Assembly (NCBI GenBank): GCA_951406725.2
Contig: OX597814.1
Location: forward strand, 167,524,001 to 167,588,000
Reading direction: 5' to 3'
Length of the DNA stretch: 64,000 bases
Source of the DNA: Octopus vulgaris
Taxonomy: Eukaryota
Shown here: positions 63,936 to 64,000 of the stretch, piece by piece
Layout: each line of letters opens with the position of its first letter
Numbering within the stretch: position 1 is the stretch's first letter
Translations under genes and position numbers: made by a program
Notes under the pieces: model-generated
Told to the model about the DNA's origin: nothing
The model's database searches: none
Seen by the model: the letters and a program-made list of their open reading frames with translations, nothing else

Positions 63936-64000
63936 TATATAAACATACATACAAACATACACAAGTGGATGTTGGTGTGCACGTGTGTATGTATATAAAT

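Overview
AT-rich, repeat-dense animal genomic DNA; the SINE and RTE repeat complement looks like an octopus (coleoid cephalopod), which is an inference. The only host gene found is three + strand internal exons (13663-13808, 16640-16760, 18538-18680). They splice in frame to part of the C-terminal helicase cassette of ASCC3. No neighbouring ASCC3 exon was found upstream (>13.6 kb) or downstream (>45 kb), so the rest of the window appears intronic. It is packed with decayed mobile DNA: a hAT (Buster/SPIN-type) transposon, a near full-length CR1 ORF2, many RTE pieces, old I/Jockey-like and R4/Dong-like LINE remnants, a Gypsy pol remnant, two mariners, MITEs, three tRNA-derived SINE families and microsatellites. 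The most interesting signals are: (1) a set of minimal hammerhead-ribozyme-like motifs in Penelope-like termini, one attached to a near-perfect ~270-bp fold-back; (2) several long dsRNA-forming inverted repeats in the pre-mRNA; (3) a full-length mellifera-type mariner; (4) giant ASCC3 introns that may reflect a sim-ASCC3 regulatory block. All of this was read by eye. No alignments or database searches were run, and boundaries of degenerate repeats are approximate.
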